Shown here piece after piece: positions 55,694-64,000 of a DNA stretch of 64,000 nt. The translations under genes and the position numbers were made by a program. Position 1 is the first letter of the stretch. Each line of letters begins with the position of its first letter. Below the pieces are notes generated by a model. That model searched no databases, had not been told where the DNA came from, and saw nothing but the letters and a program-made list of their open reading frames with translations. Origin of the DNA: an uncultured Candidatus Actinomarina sp. (GTDB lineage: Bacteria > Actinomycetota > Acidimicrobiia > Actinomarinales > Actinomarinaceae); NCBI GenBank assembly GCA_902613615.1, contig CACMHQ010000003.1:128115-192114 (forward strand), read 5' to 3'.

Positions 55694-56670
55694 GATAGAT
55701 TTTTTGTAAAAAACTGAACTAATTTAATAGAAAACTCTTTCGGATAATCATAAAGTACTCTGGTGTGTCCAAGTTCCTGATAACGATTAATTTCTAATTC
55801 AATTCCAATTTCATTTGCTGATTTAATTAGATCATCTGTGTGGTGTGAAAGTACTCGATCATTATCCATACCATTAAATATTAGAATAGGCTGTTTATTA
55901 CTTGATTTTAAAGAATCTTCTGGATTGTTGGCCAATAAATCAACCCCCTCAAAAATCAAAACATAATGATAGAGAGGCGTCCAAAGCAATTCTGGAAATC
56001 CTTGATAAATTAATTCTTCTCTGACTAAAGTTTCAAAATCAAATGGTGCATCTAAGACAGCCAATGCAGAAAAATTATTAGATTTTGCAGGAGTTAACAA
56101 ACCTACCAACGCACCTAATGAAGATCCATAAATTCCAATATTGTTTGGAGATATACCTTTTTCATTTATGATCCAATTTAAAGATGCAACAACGTCATCA
56201 GATTCTTTTTGTCCAGCTGAATGAAATCCATCCTCACATGAACTATCTCCATGATCTCTAAAGTCCACAGCAAGAACATTAAAACCATTTTTATTTAGCA
56301 TTCCTGCAGCAAGTAACATGTCAGGAGAGTGCTTACTGCTACCCAATCCATGTAAGACTAATATAGTTGGGCCGTTATTATTCTGAGCGTCTATCCACCA
56401 AGAATCTAGGGTAATATTTTCATCTGGAATTTCAATACTTACAATGTCATAATCATTTACAAAATATTCAGAAGGATCCCATAGAACATTTTTATCAGAA
56501 AGAGAAAAGTTATCTGGTTTATTATTTTGATCTACTTCGGGTACTGCACATTCAACTAAAGCAGCTTGACTATATACACTGTAACCAGCAAAGAAATATC
56601 CTCCGACAAGTACAAGTAACAATATGACTATTAGCGCTTTTTTCATTGTTGATATTATTTCAGAATACAC
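55690..56670 (-). CDS. Membrane-anchored alpha/beta hydrolase
   Basis: An N-terminal TM helix, LVLHGLGSSKHS, GIYGSSLGALVG (G-x-S-x-G), NGMDNDRV and ELGH. It overlaps its paralogue-like neighbour by 4 nt. Confidence 0.6.
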   Translation of the reverse strand: MYSEIISTMKKALIVILLLVLVGGYFFAGYSVYSQAALVECAVPEVDQNNKPDNFSLSDKNVLWDPSEYFVNDYDIVSIEIPDENITLDSWWIDAQNNNGPTILVLHGLGSSKHSPDMLLAAGMLNKNGFNVLAVDFRDHGDSSCEDGFHSAGQKESDDVVASLNWIINEKGISPNNIGIYGSSLGALVGLLTPAKSNNFSALAVLDAPFDFETLVREELIYQGFPELLWTPLYHYVLIFEGVDLLANNPEDSLKSSNKQPILIFNGMDNDRVLSHHTDDLIKSANEIGIELEINRYQELGHTRVLYDYPKEFSIKLVQFFTKNLS

Positions 56671-56737
56671 TACTTGATGAATCTTCGTAAAATATATAAG
56701 TATTAATTAAGTTCAATAGGTTACTTATAATTAAATA

Positions 56738-57541
56738 ATGAAAAAAATCATATCGTTTGCATCTGATTTTGGTTTATCAGATGGTTCCGTTGGTGTTGTA
56801 AAAGGTGTAATCAATAGAATTGATTCAGAGTTAAAAATCAATGACATTTCTCATGGTATTCCAGCACAAAATATAAAGTATGGAAGTTTGTTATTGATGA
56901 GGGCTATTCAGTACATTCCACAGGGTGTTCTTTTAGCGGTTGTTGATCCAGGCGTGGGGACGGAAAGAAAACCTGTTGCTATTGAAACTGATTGGGGAGT
57001 GATGATAGGACCTGATAATGGATTACTAAATCTTGCATGCGCAACTGTTGGGGGAGCAAAAAGAGCCTATCTCCTTGAAAATGAAAATTGGATTATCCCC
57101 AGTGATGGGAACACCTTTCATGCTAGAGATGTATTTTCTCCTTTTGCAGCTGGGATTGCCTCAGGTCAACTTGATATCAAAGATTGTGGTGAGGAAGTTG
57201 ATCTTATGAATCTTCAACAATACTTGATTCCATTAACAGAAAAGAAAGATGATGAAGTAAAGGGTGAGGTTTTATGGGTGGATCATTACGGTAATTGTCA
57301 GACTAACATTTCACCCGATGAATTAACTGATCTTGGAAAAAGTATTGGAGATGTCTTAAGTGTTATTATTCAAAATCAAGAAATTAAAATGACCTGGTCT
57401 GAAACATATCAAAGTGATGGAGTAAATCAAGTAGGATTAATTACTGATTCGTGGGGTATGATTTCAATTTTTGCAAAAAACAATAATGCCTCAAAAATAA
57501 TAAGTGTTGTTGATGGCGAAAAAATAGATATCAAGAAATAA
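56738..57541 (+). CDS. SAM hydrolase / SAM hydroxide adenosyltransferase family protein (DUF62)
   Basis: FASDFGLSDGSVGVVKGV, VVDPGVGTERKPVAIE, GPDNGLL, TFHARDVFSPFAAGIASG and DHYGNCQTNI blocks. Confidence 0.8.
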   Translation: MKKIISFASDFGLSDGSVGVVKGVINRIDSELKINDISHGIPAQNIKYGSLLLMRAIQYIPQGVLLAVVDPGVGTERKPVAIETDWGVMIGPDNGLLNLACATVGGAKRAYLLENENWIIPSDGNTFHARDVFSPFAAGIASGQLDIKDCGEEVDLMNLQQYLIPLTEKKDDEVKGEVLWVDHYGNCQTNISPDELTDLGKSIGDVLSVIIQNQEIKMTWSETYQSDGVNQVGLITDSWGMISIFAKNNNASKIISVVDGEKIDIKK

Positions 57542-57601
57542 TATTTAAAACAATTGCACCTGAGACAAAAATAATTACAGCTAACAAAACTATAAATATT
57601 A

Positions 57602-57892
57602 ATGTCCAAGGTCTCATTTGACTATATTAGAGATATGCCCACTTTACGTATTGTTGTTACTGAAAATTGTGAATTATGTGACAAAGGTTTAAAAAGTCTT
57701 GGTTATTTAAATAGCTTTTTTACTATTCAAAAAGTTGATGTTGATGATGGTTACGAAGAATTTTTATTGAGAGTACCCGTGGTTTTATATGGTAAAAAAG
57801 TTTTAGATGAGGGAATCTTAAGTCAATTTAATATTGTGAAAAATTTTCTAAAATACAATATTCTTAAAATCTTATTCAATATAGATATTTAA
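57602..57892 (+). CDS. Glutaredoxin-like (DUF836/thioredoxin-fold) protein
   Basis: 96 aa with CELC (CxxC) near the N-terminus of a short beta-alpha-beta unit, and a later VPVVLYGKKVL block. Confidence 0.5.
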   Translation: MSKVSFDYIRDMPTLRIVVTENCELCDKGLKSLGYLNSFFTIQKVDVDDGYEEFLLRVPVVLYGKKVLDEGILSQFNIVKNFLKYNILKILFNIDI

Positions 57893-57896
57893 AAAA

Positions 57897-58799
57897 CTAT
57901 ATATCTATTGGCTTTGATTTATCAGTGTTTTCTACTTTATCTTCTAAAAATGAAATAATTTCATCTGCAACATCAATATCTGTTGCAGTTTCGATTCCTT
58001 CTAATCCGGGGGAGGAATTTACTTCGAGCACTAAAGGACCTCTGTTTGATTGAATTAGATCAACTCCTGCAACATCTAGTTTAAGAATCTTCGCCGCTTT
58101 TACTGCACTATCTTCCTCTTCAGGAGATATATCATAATTTTCAACTCTTCCTCCTAAGTGTACATTTGATCTAAATTCTCCAGGTTTTGCAATTCGTTTC
58201 ATTGAGGCAACTACTCTATCTCCTACAACGATTGCTCTTATATCTTCACCTTTAGACTCACTGATAAACTCCTGAACAAGAATGTTTGCATCGATTTTTT
58301 TCATTGTCTCAATCACACTTATTGCAGCATCCATTGTTTCAGTTAAGACAACACCTCTTCCTTGAGTTCCCTCAAGTAACTTAATAACAAATGGTGGTTC
58401 CCCTACACTTTTTAAAACAGCTTCAACATCTCTTGAAAAATGAACATAACCGGTTATTGGCATCTCTACACCTGTATTTCCAATTAGCTGTAAAGCTCTT
58501 AATTTATCCCTAGATCTACTAATTCCTGCTGATGAGTTGGCTGAAACAGAACCCATTAATTCAAACTGTCTTACAACGGCCGCACCATAAAATGTCCATG
58601 TTGCAGCAATTCTTGGTATTACAGAATCATAATTTAGTTCACGACCAGCAGAGAATATTCTTGGTTTTGCTTTTGCAATATTCATGTAACATCTTAAATA
58701 ACTTACAACTTCAGTATCATGACCTCTCTTAATTGCCGTATCGTAAAGGCGTTTTGTTGAATATAGTCTTATGTCTTGTGATAAGATTCCTATCTTCAT
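57897..58799 (-). CDS. rimK: RimK-family ATP-grasp alpha-L-glutamate ligase
   Basis: MKIGILS...STKRL, RIAATWTFYGAAVVRQFE, PFVIKLLEGTQGRGVVL, VQEFI..SKGEDIRAIVVG, GEFRSNVHLGG, AGVDLI...GPLVLEVNSSPGLEGIE. Confidence 0.9.
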   Translation of the reverse strand: MKIGILSQDIRLYSTKRLYDTAIKRGHDTEVVSYLRCYMNIAKAKPRIFSAGRELNYDSVIPRIAATWTFYGAAVVRQFELMGSVSANSSAGISRSRDKLRALQLIGNTGVEMPITGYVHFSRDVEAVLKSVGEPPFVIKLLEGTQGRGVVLTETMDAAISVIETMKKIDANILVQEFISESKGEDIRAIVVGDRVVASMKRIAKPGEFRSNVHLGGRVENYDISPEEEDSAVKAAKILKLDVAGVDLIQSNRGPLVLEVNSSPGLEGIETATDIDVADEIISFLEDKVENTDKSKPIDI

Positions 58800-59242
58800 T
58801 TTTTACTTCCTTTAGGTTTTGTCATAAAGCTAATTGATGGATTTACCATCCATCTTCTTCCCAAAGCTTTTCTTCCAATTAACATTGTGTAATCCATGGG
58901 GCCTCTGTCAGTAAGAGTCAACTCAATATTTTTGGTAATTCCATCCATTAAGATATCAGTTTTTATATACGGTCTTTTTTCAACATCTCCGTTGGAACTT
59001 CTTATTCTCTTAAATCCTGCGAGGGGAGCGGAAGTTTTTCTAACAGTGTTGTTTCTTTTTTTTACTGTAAATTTTACGTACTTTACATCTTTTCTCGTAA
59101 CAAATTTTATATCAGCGGCATCTATTGTTGCTAAATTTGCTCCAGTATCAATTTTTGCAATTACACTTTTTATTTTTAAATTAGGTAAAGCAACTTGTTC
59201 TTTCCAGCCAACAACTTTTTTCTCTCGTTTCTTTTTCGCCAT
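58796..59242 (-). CDS. RimK-associated retropepsin-like protease (DUF785 / putative ATP-dependent zinc protease family)
   Basis: The AKIDTGANLATIDA aspartic-protease-like motif is present. It lies immediately upstream of rimK with a 4-nt overlap, which is the conserved gene pair. Confidence 0.7.
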   Translation of the reverse strand: MAKKKREKKVVGWKEQVALPNLKIKSVIAKIDTGANLATIDAADIKFVTRKDVKYVKFTVKKRNNTVRKTSAPLAGFKRIRSSNGDVEKRPYIKTDILMDGITKNIELTLTDRGPMDYTMLIGRKALGRRWMVNPSISFMTKPKGSKK

Positions 59243-59370
59243 AATTTATAAAACAACGTAAAAGAGAACAATGCTAAAAACGACTAAAAATATATGAATA
59301 TATATTGCAGGTAACATAAAAAAATAATAGTTTGAATCTTATAACAATCAACTTGATTTTTTTTGATTAT

Positions 59371-60321
59371 TTAACCAGTTGGCTCAATAGCTTCTGTAGT
59401 GATTGCCTCATCTGTTTCTAGAAGTCCACAGTCTTCGAGTACTTCGTCAGTGTTTCCTCCACCAAATACAACTCTCTCAAAAACCACAACCGCGTAAATC
59501 TCATCTTCAGTAAGTTTTCCTGCAAATCCAGGCATTCCGCCGATTGATACTTTATTCTCTGCTCCATACGCGGGTCCAATTTCAGCCTGCCAACCTGCAG
59601 ATCCTAGTTCAATCCACAATGCATGATCACTACAAGTTGGAAAAGTGGTATAAAGTTCTCCACCAGTAAATGCAGGACCTACCCCTCCACCACCATTTAC
59701 TCCATGACAACCAGCACATGCTGCAGCACCAGAATAAACTTGTTGTCCAAGGGCGATATAATTTATTGAGCTTGCAGATCCAACACCTTTTCCTTCAAAC
59801 GCTGATCCATCACAGTTCACAGTTAATTGGGTTTTTCGATCAACATCTAAAATTCCGTTCTCCCCACATTCTTGTGTGGATGATGTATTGACTATCCCAA
59901 TAACAATAAAGAGGGGAATAAGTACAAAACTAAAATTTAGCCATCTTGGCAAAGATGTTTCAGCATTTACTTTTATATCCAATGTCTTATTTGCGAACGA
60001 TACTTTTTGTATAACTTTTTTAATATTTGTTTGAGAAGATACTACTGGTGAACTTTCATTTTCATCTTTTACAATTTCTGCTGACTCTTCTTTGGGTTCT
60101 TCTATATCGGCTATGTCTTCAACAGGTGCCGCCGGTTCTTCAGCGGGCGGTGCTTCTTCAGCAGGTTTTTCAACAGATGCTACACTTTCACCTCCAGCCC
60201 ATGATTGTAAAACTTCATCTACAGTTCTTTCAGAAGCTTCAGCTCTAGCTTCAGCAGATCGTTGCACCAACGACTCGGGTGCATTTAATAATTCAGCAAC
60301 TTTACTTAAGAGTTCACTCAT
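59371..60321 (-). CDS. Membrane-anchored monoheme c-type cytochrome (N-terminal cytoplasmic module, TM helix, cytochrome c domain)
   Basis: Heme motif CAGCHGVNGGGG and the distal GGMPGF methionine block. One TM helix (FSFVLIPLFIVIGIV). The first 62 aa are identical to the upstream paralogue. Confidence 0.75.
   Translation of the reverse strand: MSELLSKVAELLNAPESLVQRSAEARAEASERTVDEVLQSWAGGESVASVEKPAEEAPPAEEPAAPVEDIADIEEPKEESAEIVKDENESSPVVSSQTNIKKVIQKVSFANKTLDIKVNAETSLPRWLNFSFVLIPLFIVIGIVNTSSTQECGENGILDVDRKTQLTVNCDGSAFEGKGVGSASSINYIALGQQVYSGAAACAGCHGVNGGGGVGPAFTGGELYTTFPTCSDHALWIELGSAGWQAEIGPAYGAENKVSIGGMPGFAGKLTEDEIYAVVVFERVVFGGGNTDEVLEDCGLLETDEAITTEAIEPTG
60135..60321 (-). repeat. 187-bp direct repeat, copy A (5' module of the cytochrome c gene)
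   Basis: Base-for-base identical to 60949-61135 by manual alignment (offset 814 bp). Confidence 0.9.
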
Positions 60322-61135
60322 TTGTACTTCCTAAAGATAATAAATAAGTTATTAAATAATCTAAATCTTGATTACTCAGGAAATTTACTGATGGATGAGG
60401 TATATCTTCCTTTACAGAAGATGGATCAATTAAATATTCTTTTAGCCAATCTGCATCGTTTGTTGGTTCTCTTGTTCCAAGAGTTGATAAATCAGGAGCT
60501 AACCTCAAAAGGCCTGTATTTTGAATAAGGTTTTTATTAGCAAATCTATTTTTTAATATTTTTCCATTTTGTGAATCGGGTATGAGAATTCTTACATTCT
60601 GTGTATGACAGGACTGACAATTTAATTGGTTATAGACAATTGCTCCTTCTAATATTTCTTCACTTACCCGAACAGAATTGTTTAATGATTGTAAGACCAC
60701 CTCTTCACTTTGTTGTTTTGGTATTGAGAAAGCAAATAGGTATGTAAATATAACTACTCCAATCACACCAGCAATAAAACCTAGAGAGCTTTCTTTCTTT
60801 ATTTCAATGTTTTCTTCTTCAATTAAAACTTCTGTAGACATTTCAGAAATAGTTTCTTCAACTACAATTGATAAATCTTCTGTTGATTCCTCTTCTTCAT
60901 CTTTTTCCTCATCCGATGTTGTTACAGGTTCGTCTGTAGGTGGCACTTGTTCTTCAGCGGGCGGTGCTTCTTCAGCAGGTTTTTCAACAGATGCTACACT
61001 TTCACCTCCAGCCCATGATTGTAAAACTTCATCTACAGTTCTTTCAGAAGCTTCAGCTCTAGCTTCAGCAGATCGTTGCACCAACGACTCGGGTGCATTT
61101 AATAATTCAGCAACTTTACTTAAGAGTTCACTCAT
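60314..61135 (-). CDS. Membrane-anchored monoheme c-type cytochrome
   Basis: Heme motif CQSCH, one TM helix (GFIAGVIGVVIFTYLFAF), and the same 62-aa N-terminal module. It has an ATGA overlap with the upstream membrane-protein gene. Confidence 0.7.
   Translation of the reverse strand: MSELLSKVAELLNAPESLVQRSAEARAEASERTVDEVLQSWAGGESVASVEKPAEEAPPAEEQVPPTDEPVTTSDEEKDEEEESTEDLSIVVEETISEMSTEVLIEEENIEIKKESSLGFIAGVIGVVIFTYLFAFSIPKQQSEEVVLQSLNNSVRVSEEILEGAIVYNQLNCQSCHTQNVRILIPDSQNGKILKNRFANKNLIQNTGLLRLAPDLSTLGTREPTNDADWLKEYLIDPSSVKEDIPHPSVNFLSNQDLDYLITYLLSLGSTNE
60949..61135 (-). repeat. 187-bp direct repeat, copy B
   Basis: Identical to 60135-60321. Confidence 0.9.
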
Positions 61136-62535
61136 ACTGGAAGCTCCTCTTCAGTAAGTTCAATTGTTTCTGCTTCTGTAATTTCTCCATTTACTACAGC
61201 CTTGACGACTGAAATGAAAAACAACAGAAATGGCAGAAGTAATGTCAAAGATAAAAACATATTTAGCGTTAAAGGAGTACTGATTAGTGACCACAATAAA
61301 CCGAACCCTTCACCATAGATTGTTGGGTTTCCTGCATTGGCACCAGCATTCCATGAGTAACCAGAAATAATTCCGATTAAAGCATTAGAAAATAAGGTTA
61401 AAGACACCACAAGTTTTAATAGAAAACTAGTTAAAGATTCAAGCCTTGAAAATTTGACTTCTCTTCCAAAGATTTTTGGAATCAGATAATAAACAAATGA
61501 GATGGTAATTAATATTGCACTGAAAACATAACCATATCTAATTGCTATCTCAAAATTTGTAAGACTCAATATCGGAATGATATTTGAGAGCGAGGAAACG
61601 ATTTGAAAGATATTTGTTATTACAAATATTCCAAACGAGAAACTTATAAGACTATAAACTACTTTATTTTCGTCAATTCTCGTTGAAACCGTTCTGAAGA
61701 AATTTACAGCTATAGCAAGCAGTGGGAGAGACAAACTTATAGACAAGTAAAGAGATATATTTTCTATCCAATTTGGCAATACAGAACCAAAGTAGAATTT
61801 AAAATTTGACCAAGGAATAAGAAACAAGAATCCCCAAAATCCAATAGACCCCAATGTTTTACTGTACAACGTAGCATTTATACCTTTTGTAATCATGAAA
61901 TGAAGTAATGATAGAAATACGAACGAATATCCGACATATATATGTGTTGAAACATACATTGAATTAATGAAAAAATTATCGCTAAATACGACAAAATCAG
62001 CTCTATAAATTAGAAGTGATATCAAATAAAAAATACTTGCACCAAAAAGATACTGACTACTAACAAACAGAGAAGCTTCTTTTTTGGCCAATATATTTAA
62101 AATAATGAGTCCAACAAAGGCGAAAAATATTAAGATTTTAAAAATTAATGTATAACTAGTATTCCCAAAGAACAAAAAACTATTAGGAAATAATACTCCT
62201 AATAATAGATCGAGTGACTCCAATCCAATAACTCCCAATGAAGTTAGAAAAAAAATTGGGAATATTATTAATTTTCTTCCAAGTGTTTTTGGTAATAAGT
62301 AAACAGTCAAAAACACAATTAAAAATGAAAGCATCAAATTGTAAGTTATATGGTTATTTAGTTTTTCTAAATATCCACTATTGAGAAAACTATTTTGAGG
62401 GAGTATGGCTGCAAAAATGAAATAAGCTTCTTTTGTCAATGCAATAGTTCCTAAAAGAAGCAAAAAAAGTGGAGTTAAAACAATAAAAAATTTTGAAAAC
62501 GCTTGTTCATTTTTTGGAAAAATTTTTATTCTCAT
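61132..62535 (-). CDS. Polytopic membrane protein (467 aa), first gene of the cytochrome c operon, function unknown
   Basis: About 12 hydrophobic helices. It is translationally coupled (ATGA) to the first cytochrome c gene. With only 3 His residues, it is not a heme-copper oxidase subunit I. Confidence 0.5.
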   Translation of the reverse strand: MRIKIFPKNEQAFSKFFIVLTPLFLLLLGTIALTKEAYFIFAAILPQNSFLNSGYLEKLNNHITYNLMLSFLIVFLTVYLLPKTLGRKLIIFPIFFLTSLGVIGLESLDLLLGVLFPNSFLFFGNTSYTLIFKILIFFAFVGLIILNILAKKEASLFVSSQYLFGASIFYLISLLIYRADFVVFSDNFFINSMYVSTHIYVGYSFVFLSLLHFMITKGINATLYSKTLGSIGFWGFLFLIPWSNFKFYFGSVLPNWIENISLYLSISLSLPLLAIAVNFFRTVSTRIDENKVVYSLISFSFGIFVITNIFQIVSSLSNIIPILSLTNFEIAIRYGYVFSAILITISFVYYLIPKIFGREVKFSRLESLTSFLLKLVVSLTLFSNALIGIISGYSWNAGANAGNPTIYGEGFGLLWSLISTPLTLNMFLSLTLLLPFLLFFISVVKAVVNGEITEAETIELTEEELPV

Positions 62536-62704
62536 TAATTTAAAAAGTAAGTACTCAATTTGACTTTACTATTAAACCATAGAAATTACTCCAATAAAAT
62601 TAGTAATTTTTTGAAAAAGTTGGGTTATAAAATTTATAATATCTAGGTAATCCTTGATAGAATAGATATTGAAGGTTTTGAGTAAATAACGTGTTGAGGG
62701 AAAC

Positions 62705-63298
62705 TTGTTAAATTTTATATTTATTAACCGATACAAAATCGGAGTTGCTTTAATTTTTGCTGGAGTAGGTGGCATAACAATTGGAGTAATTATCGCACAT
62801 TTCGCTGGATTTCCAGAAGGCGAAGTAATCGATTATTTTAATTGGATGCCTAGGGGATGGCTAATGCAAACCATCGGGCAACTCATTGCTTTTGGTGCAG
62901 GTCAATTTCTATTGATCGGAATGGCAATGCTTGCATGGCAAGATTCTGAATTAACTTGGGCTAGAGCAACATATCTTGCATTTCTCAGTTGGATACAATT
63001 TGCACTTATATTTGGTGTATTGCCTTCTGAGTGGTTAAACCTTTCTCAAGGACCTCTTGAATGGACAAATCAAAGAGAGTTTATTAACTTTCCTCCAATT
63101 TTATTTTTAGGTAACGAAATAGGAATGAGCCTCGGAGCTCTGAAAGACATTATTCAACTTGGTATATCAGGTGGAGCATTAGTGACAGCTTTTGTAGTAG
63201 GGTATCTAATTCAAGATATCAACGAAGCAAAAGAAAGAGGAAAAACTAGAGTTTCTGATTATGGAAAACAAGTCGTGAAGGTAGGTGCTGATGGCTAA
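62705..63298 (+). CDS. Membrane protein (197 aa), function unknown, upstream of the ferredoxin and cytochrome b genes
   Basis: TTG start in the ORF track. Four or five hydrophobic helices and no Cys, so it is not a Rieske protein. It overlaps the next gene. Confidence 0.4.
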   Translation: MLNFIFINRYKIGVALIFAGVGGITIGVIIAHFAGFPEGEVIDYFNWMPRGWLMQTIGQLIAFGAGQFLLIGMAMLAWQDSELTWARATYLAFLSWIQFALIFGVLPSEWLNLSQGPLEWTNQREFINFPPILFLGNEIGMSLGALKDIIQLGISGGALVTAFVVGYLIQDINEAKERGKTRVSDYGKQVVKVGADG

Positions 63299-63740
63299 AT
63301 CAGAAGTACTTATTGAAATGCCTGAATTTGAAAAAAAATACAATTTAGCCATGGTAGACGCGGAAAAGGTTTCTTCAAGGGTAAGGCCAAAACAGTTTTT
63401 ACATATTGATGAGGCAGAGTGCATTTTATGTGAAGGGTGTGTAGATATCTGTCCATGGAAGTGCATACATTACTTATCAACAGACGCTATAGAAGACTCT
63501 ATAAATGTAGAAGCTCCTAACATGGAAGATAATGAAACGGGATTCTTTGTTGTAGATGAAGAAGCTTGTACAAGATGTGCATTATGTGTTGATAGGTGCC
63601 CAACAGGGGTTATATCGCTTGGTAAGTTTGCTGGATCTTTAGCAGATGCTGCAATAAAGAATGGTGTTTATGAATCTCCTTGGGATGAAGACTCTGGAGA
63701 GAGAAGTGACCGTCATGGCTATATATATGGAAGACTTTAA
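63291..63740 (+). CDS. 2x[4Fe-4S] dicluster ferredoxin-domain protein
   Basis: Two cluster motifs, CILCEGCVDICP and CTRCALCVDRCP. I prefer the ATG at 63291 (MAKSEV...) to the GTG at 63285. The stop overlaps the cytochrome b start (TAATG). Confidence 0.75.
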   Translation: MAKSEVLIEMPEFEKKYNLAMVDAEKVSSRVRPKQFLHIDEAECILCEGCVDICPWKCIHYLSTDAIEDSINVEAPNMEDNETGFFVVDEEACTRCALCVDRCPTGVISLGKFAGSLADAAIKNGVYESPWDEDSGERSDRHGYIYGRL

Positions 63741-64000
63741 TGAAAAACGAAAAAATTAGATTTAAAGATAGATTAAAAGACATAAGTTCTGGTCTTGGTG
63801 ATTCGCTTAAAGAAAGCACGCTTTGGGGAAGTATTTTTAGACCTGGTTCTCCATTTAGGAAAGGCTATTCCGATAGCCCAAGAAACAGATCTTATGTTGT
63901 TATGAACAATGTTTTATATCACCTTCACCCAGTAAAAGTAAAAAGACATGGCGTGAGGTTATCATACACCCTTTGTCTTGGAGGATTAAGTTTCTTTACT
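63740..64000 (+). CDS. Cytochrome b (bc-complex type), N-terminal fragment truncated by the window end
   Basis: This ORF is not in the ORF track because it has no stop inside the window. My translation is MKNEKIRFKDRL...VLYHLHPVKVKRHGVRLSYTLCLGGLSFFT. The HLHP.kV......l.yT.clGG.sf block is the typical lead-in to helix A of cytochrome b. Confidence 0.5.
   Translation, partial: MKNEKIRFKDRLKDISSGLGDSLKESTLWGSIFRPGSPFRKGYSDSPRNRSYVVMNNVLYHLHPVKVKRHGVRLSYTLCLGGLSFFT

Noticed and set aside
59670-61157. Plus-strand ORFs antisense to the cytochrome c genes (59670, 60027, 60092, 60322, 60678). Two of them share sequence with each other.
   Set aside because: They are antisense shadows. Their mutual similarity simply reflects the 187-bp repeat in the real minus-strand genes.
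61132-62535. A heme-copper oxidase subunit I or NorB-like identity for the 467-aa membrane protein upstream of the cytochromes c.
   Set aside because: The whole protein has only three histidines, and the conserved six-His ligand pattern is absent.
62572-62775. A 67-aa minus-strand ORF in the divergent region between the two respiratory operons.
   Set aside because: It overlaps the start of the plus-strand membrane-protein gene. It has no RBS or motif and typical AT-rich intergenic composition. It is likely spurious.
1-64000. CRISPR arrays, rRNA genes or additional tRNAs.
   Set aside because: Reading the window, I saw no regularly spaced direct repeats with unique spacers and no rRNA-like conserved blocks. 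The only complete cloverleaf found is tRNA-Val at 46709-46785. A tRNAscan/Infernal run would be needed to exclude others.

Overview
This is an AT-rich bacterial chromosome segment, mid/upper-20s % GC by eye (not computed). It looks most like a streamlined low-GC marine actinobacterium. That assignment is inference only, based on an MshA-type GT4, a long class II NrdJ with tandem NrdR boxes, and a Ppm1-like synthase. The window has three blocks.

(1) nt 1-37,450 is a very large envelope-glycan island.
- It holds about 20 glycosyltransferase-like genes (GT2, GT4, GT8, GT10, GT11, GT25 and exostosin-like).
- It carries GDP-fucose synthesis (gmd, fcl), a DegT aminotransferase and several methyltransferases.
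- It has an unusually dense set of large polytopic membrane proteins, and three pairs of them are paralogues.

(2) nt 37,538-46,785 is an integration hotspot at tRNA-Val(UAC).
- The intact tRNA is followed by three 48-bp copies of its 3' half.
- These copies delimit a ~6 kb, visibly less AT-rich integrative element with the gene content of a phage satellite: tyrosine integrase, XRE and excisionase-like HTH proteins, a P-loop replication-type protein, a small-terminase-like HTH protein, and no structural genes.
- They also delimit a 0.74 kb integrase-less mini-island with one membrane-protein gene, and a 2.4 kb island with two lipoprotein genes.

(3) nt 46,886-64,000 is core-like.
- It contains two polyprenol-phosphate GT2 synthases, nrdJ, mshA, two anchored alpha/beta hydrolases, a SAM hydrolase and rimK with its protease partner.
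- It ends in a respiratory cluster: two adjacent monoheme cytochromes c share a 100% identical 187-bp 5' module, and a 2x[4Fe-4S] ferredoxin gene sits directly upstream of a cytochrome b gene that is truncated by the window edge.

I saw no rRNA and no CRISPR array. All functional calls rest on motif recognition by eye; no database search was possible.
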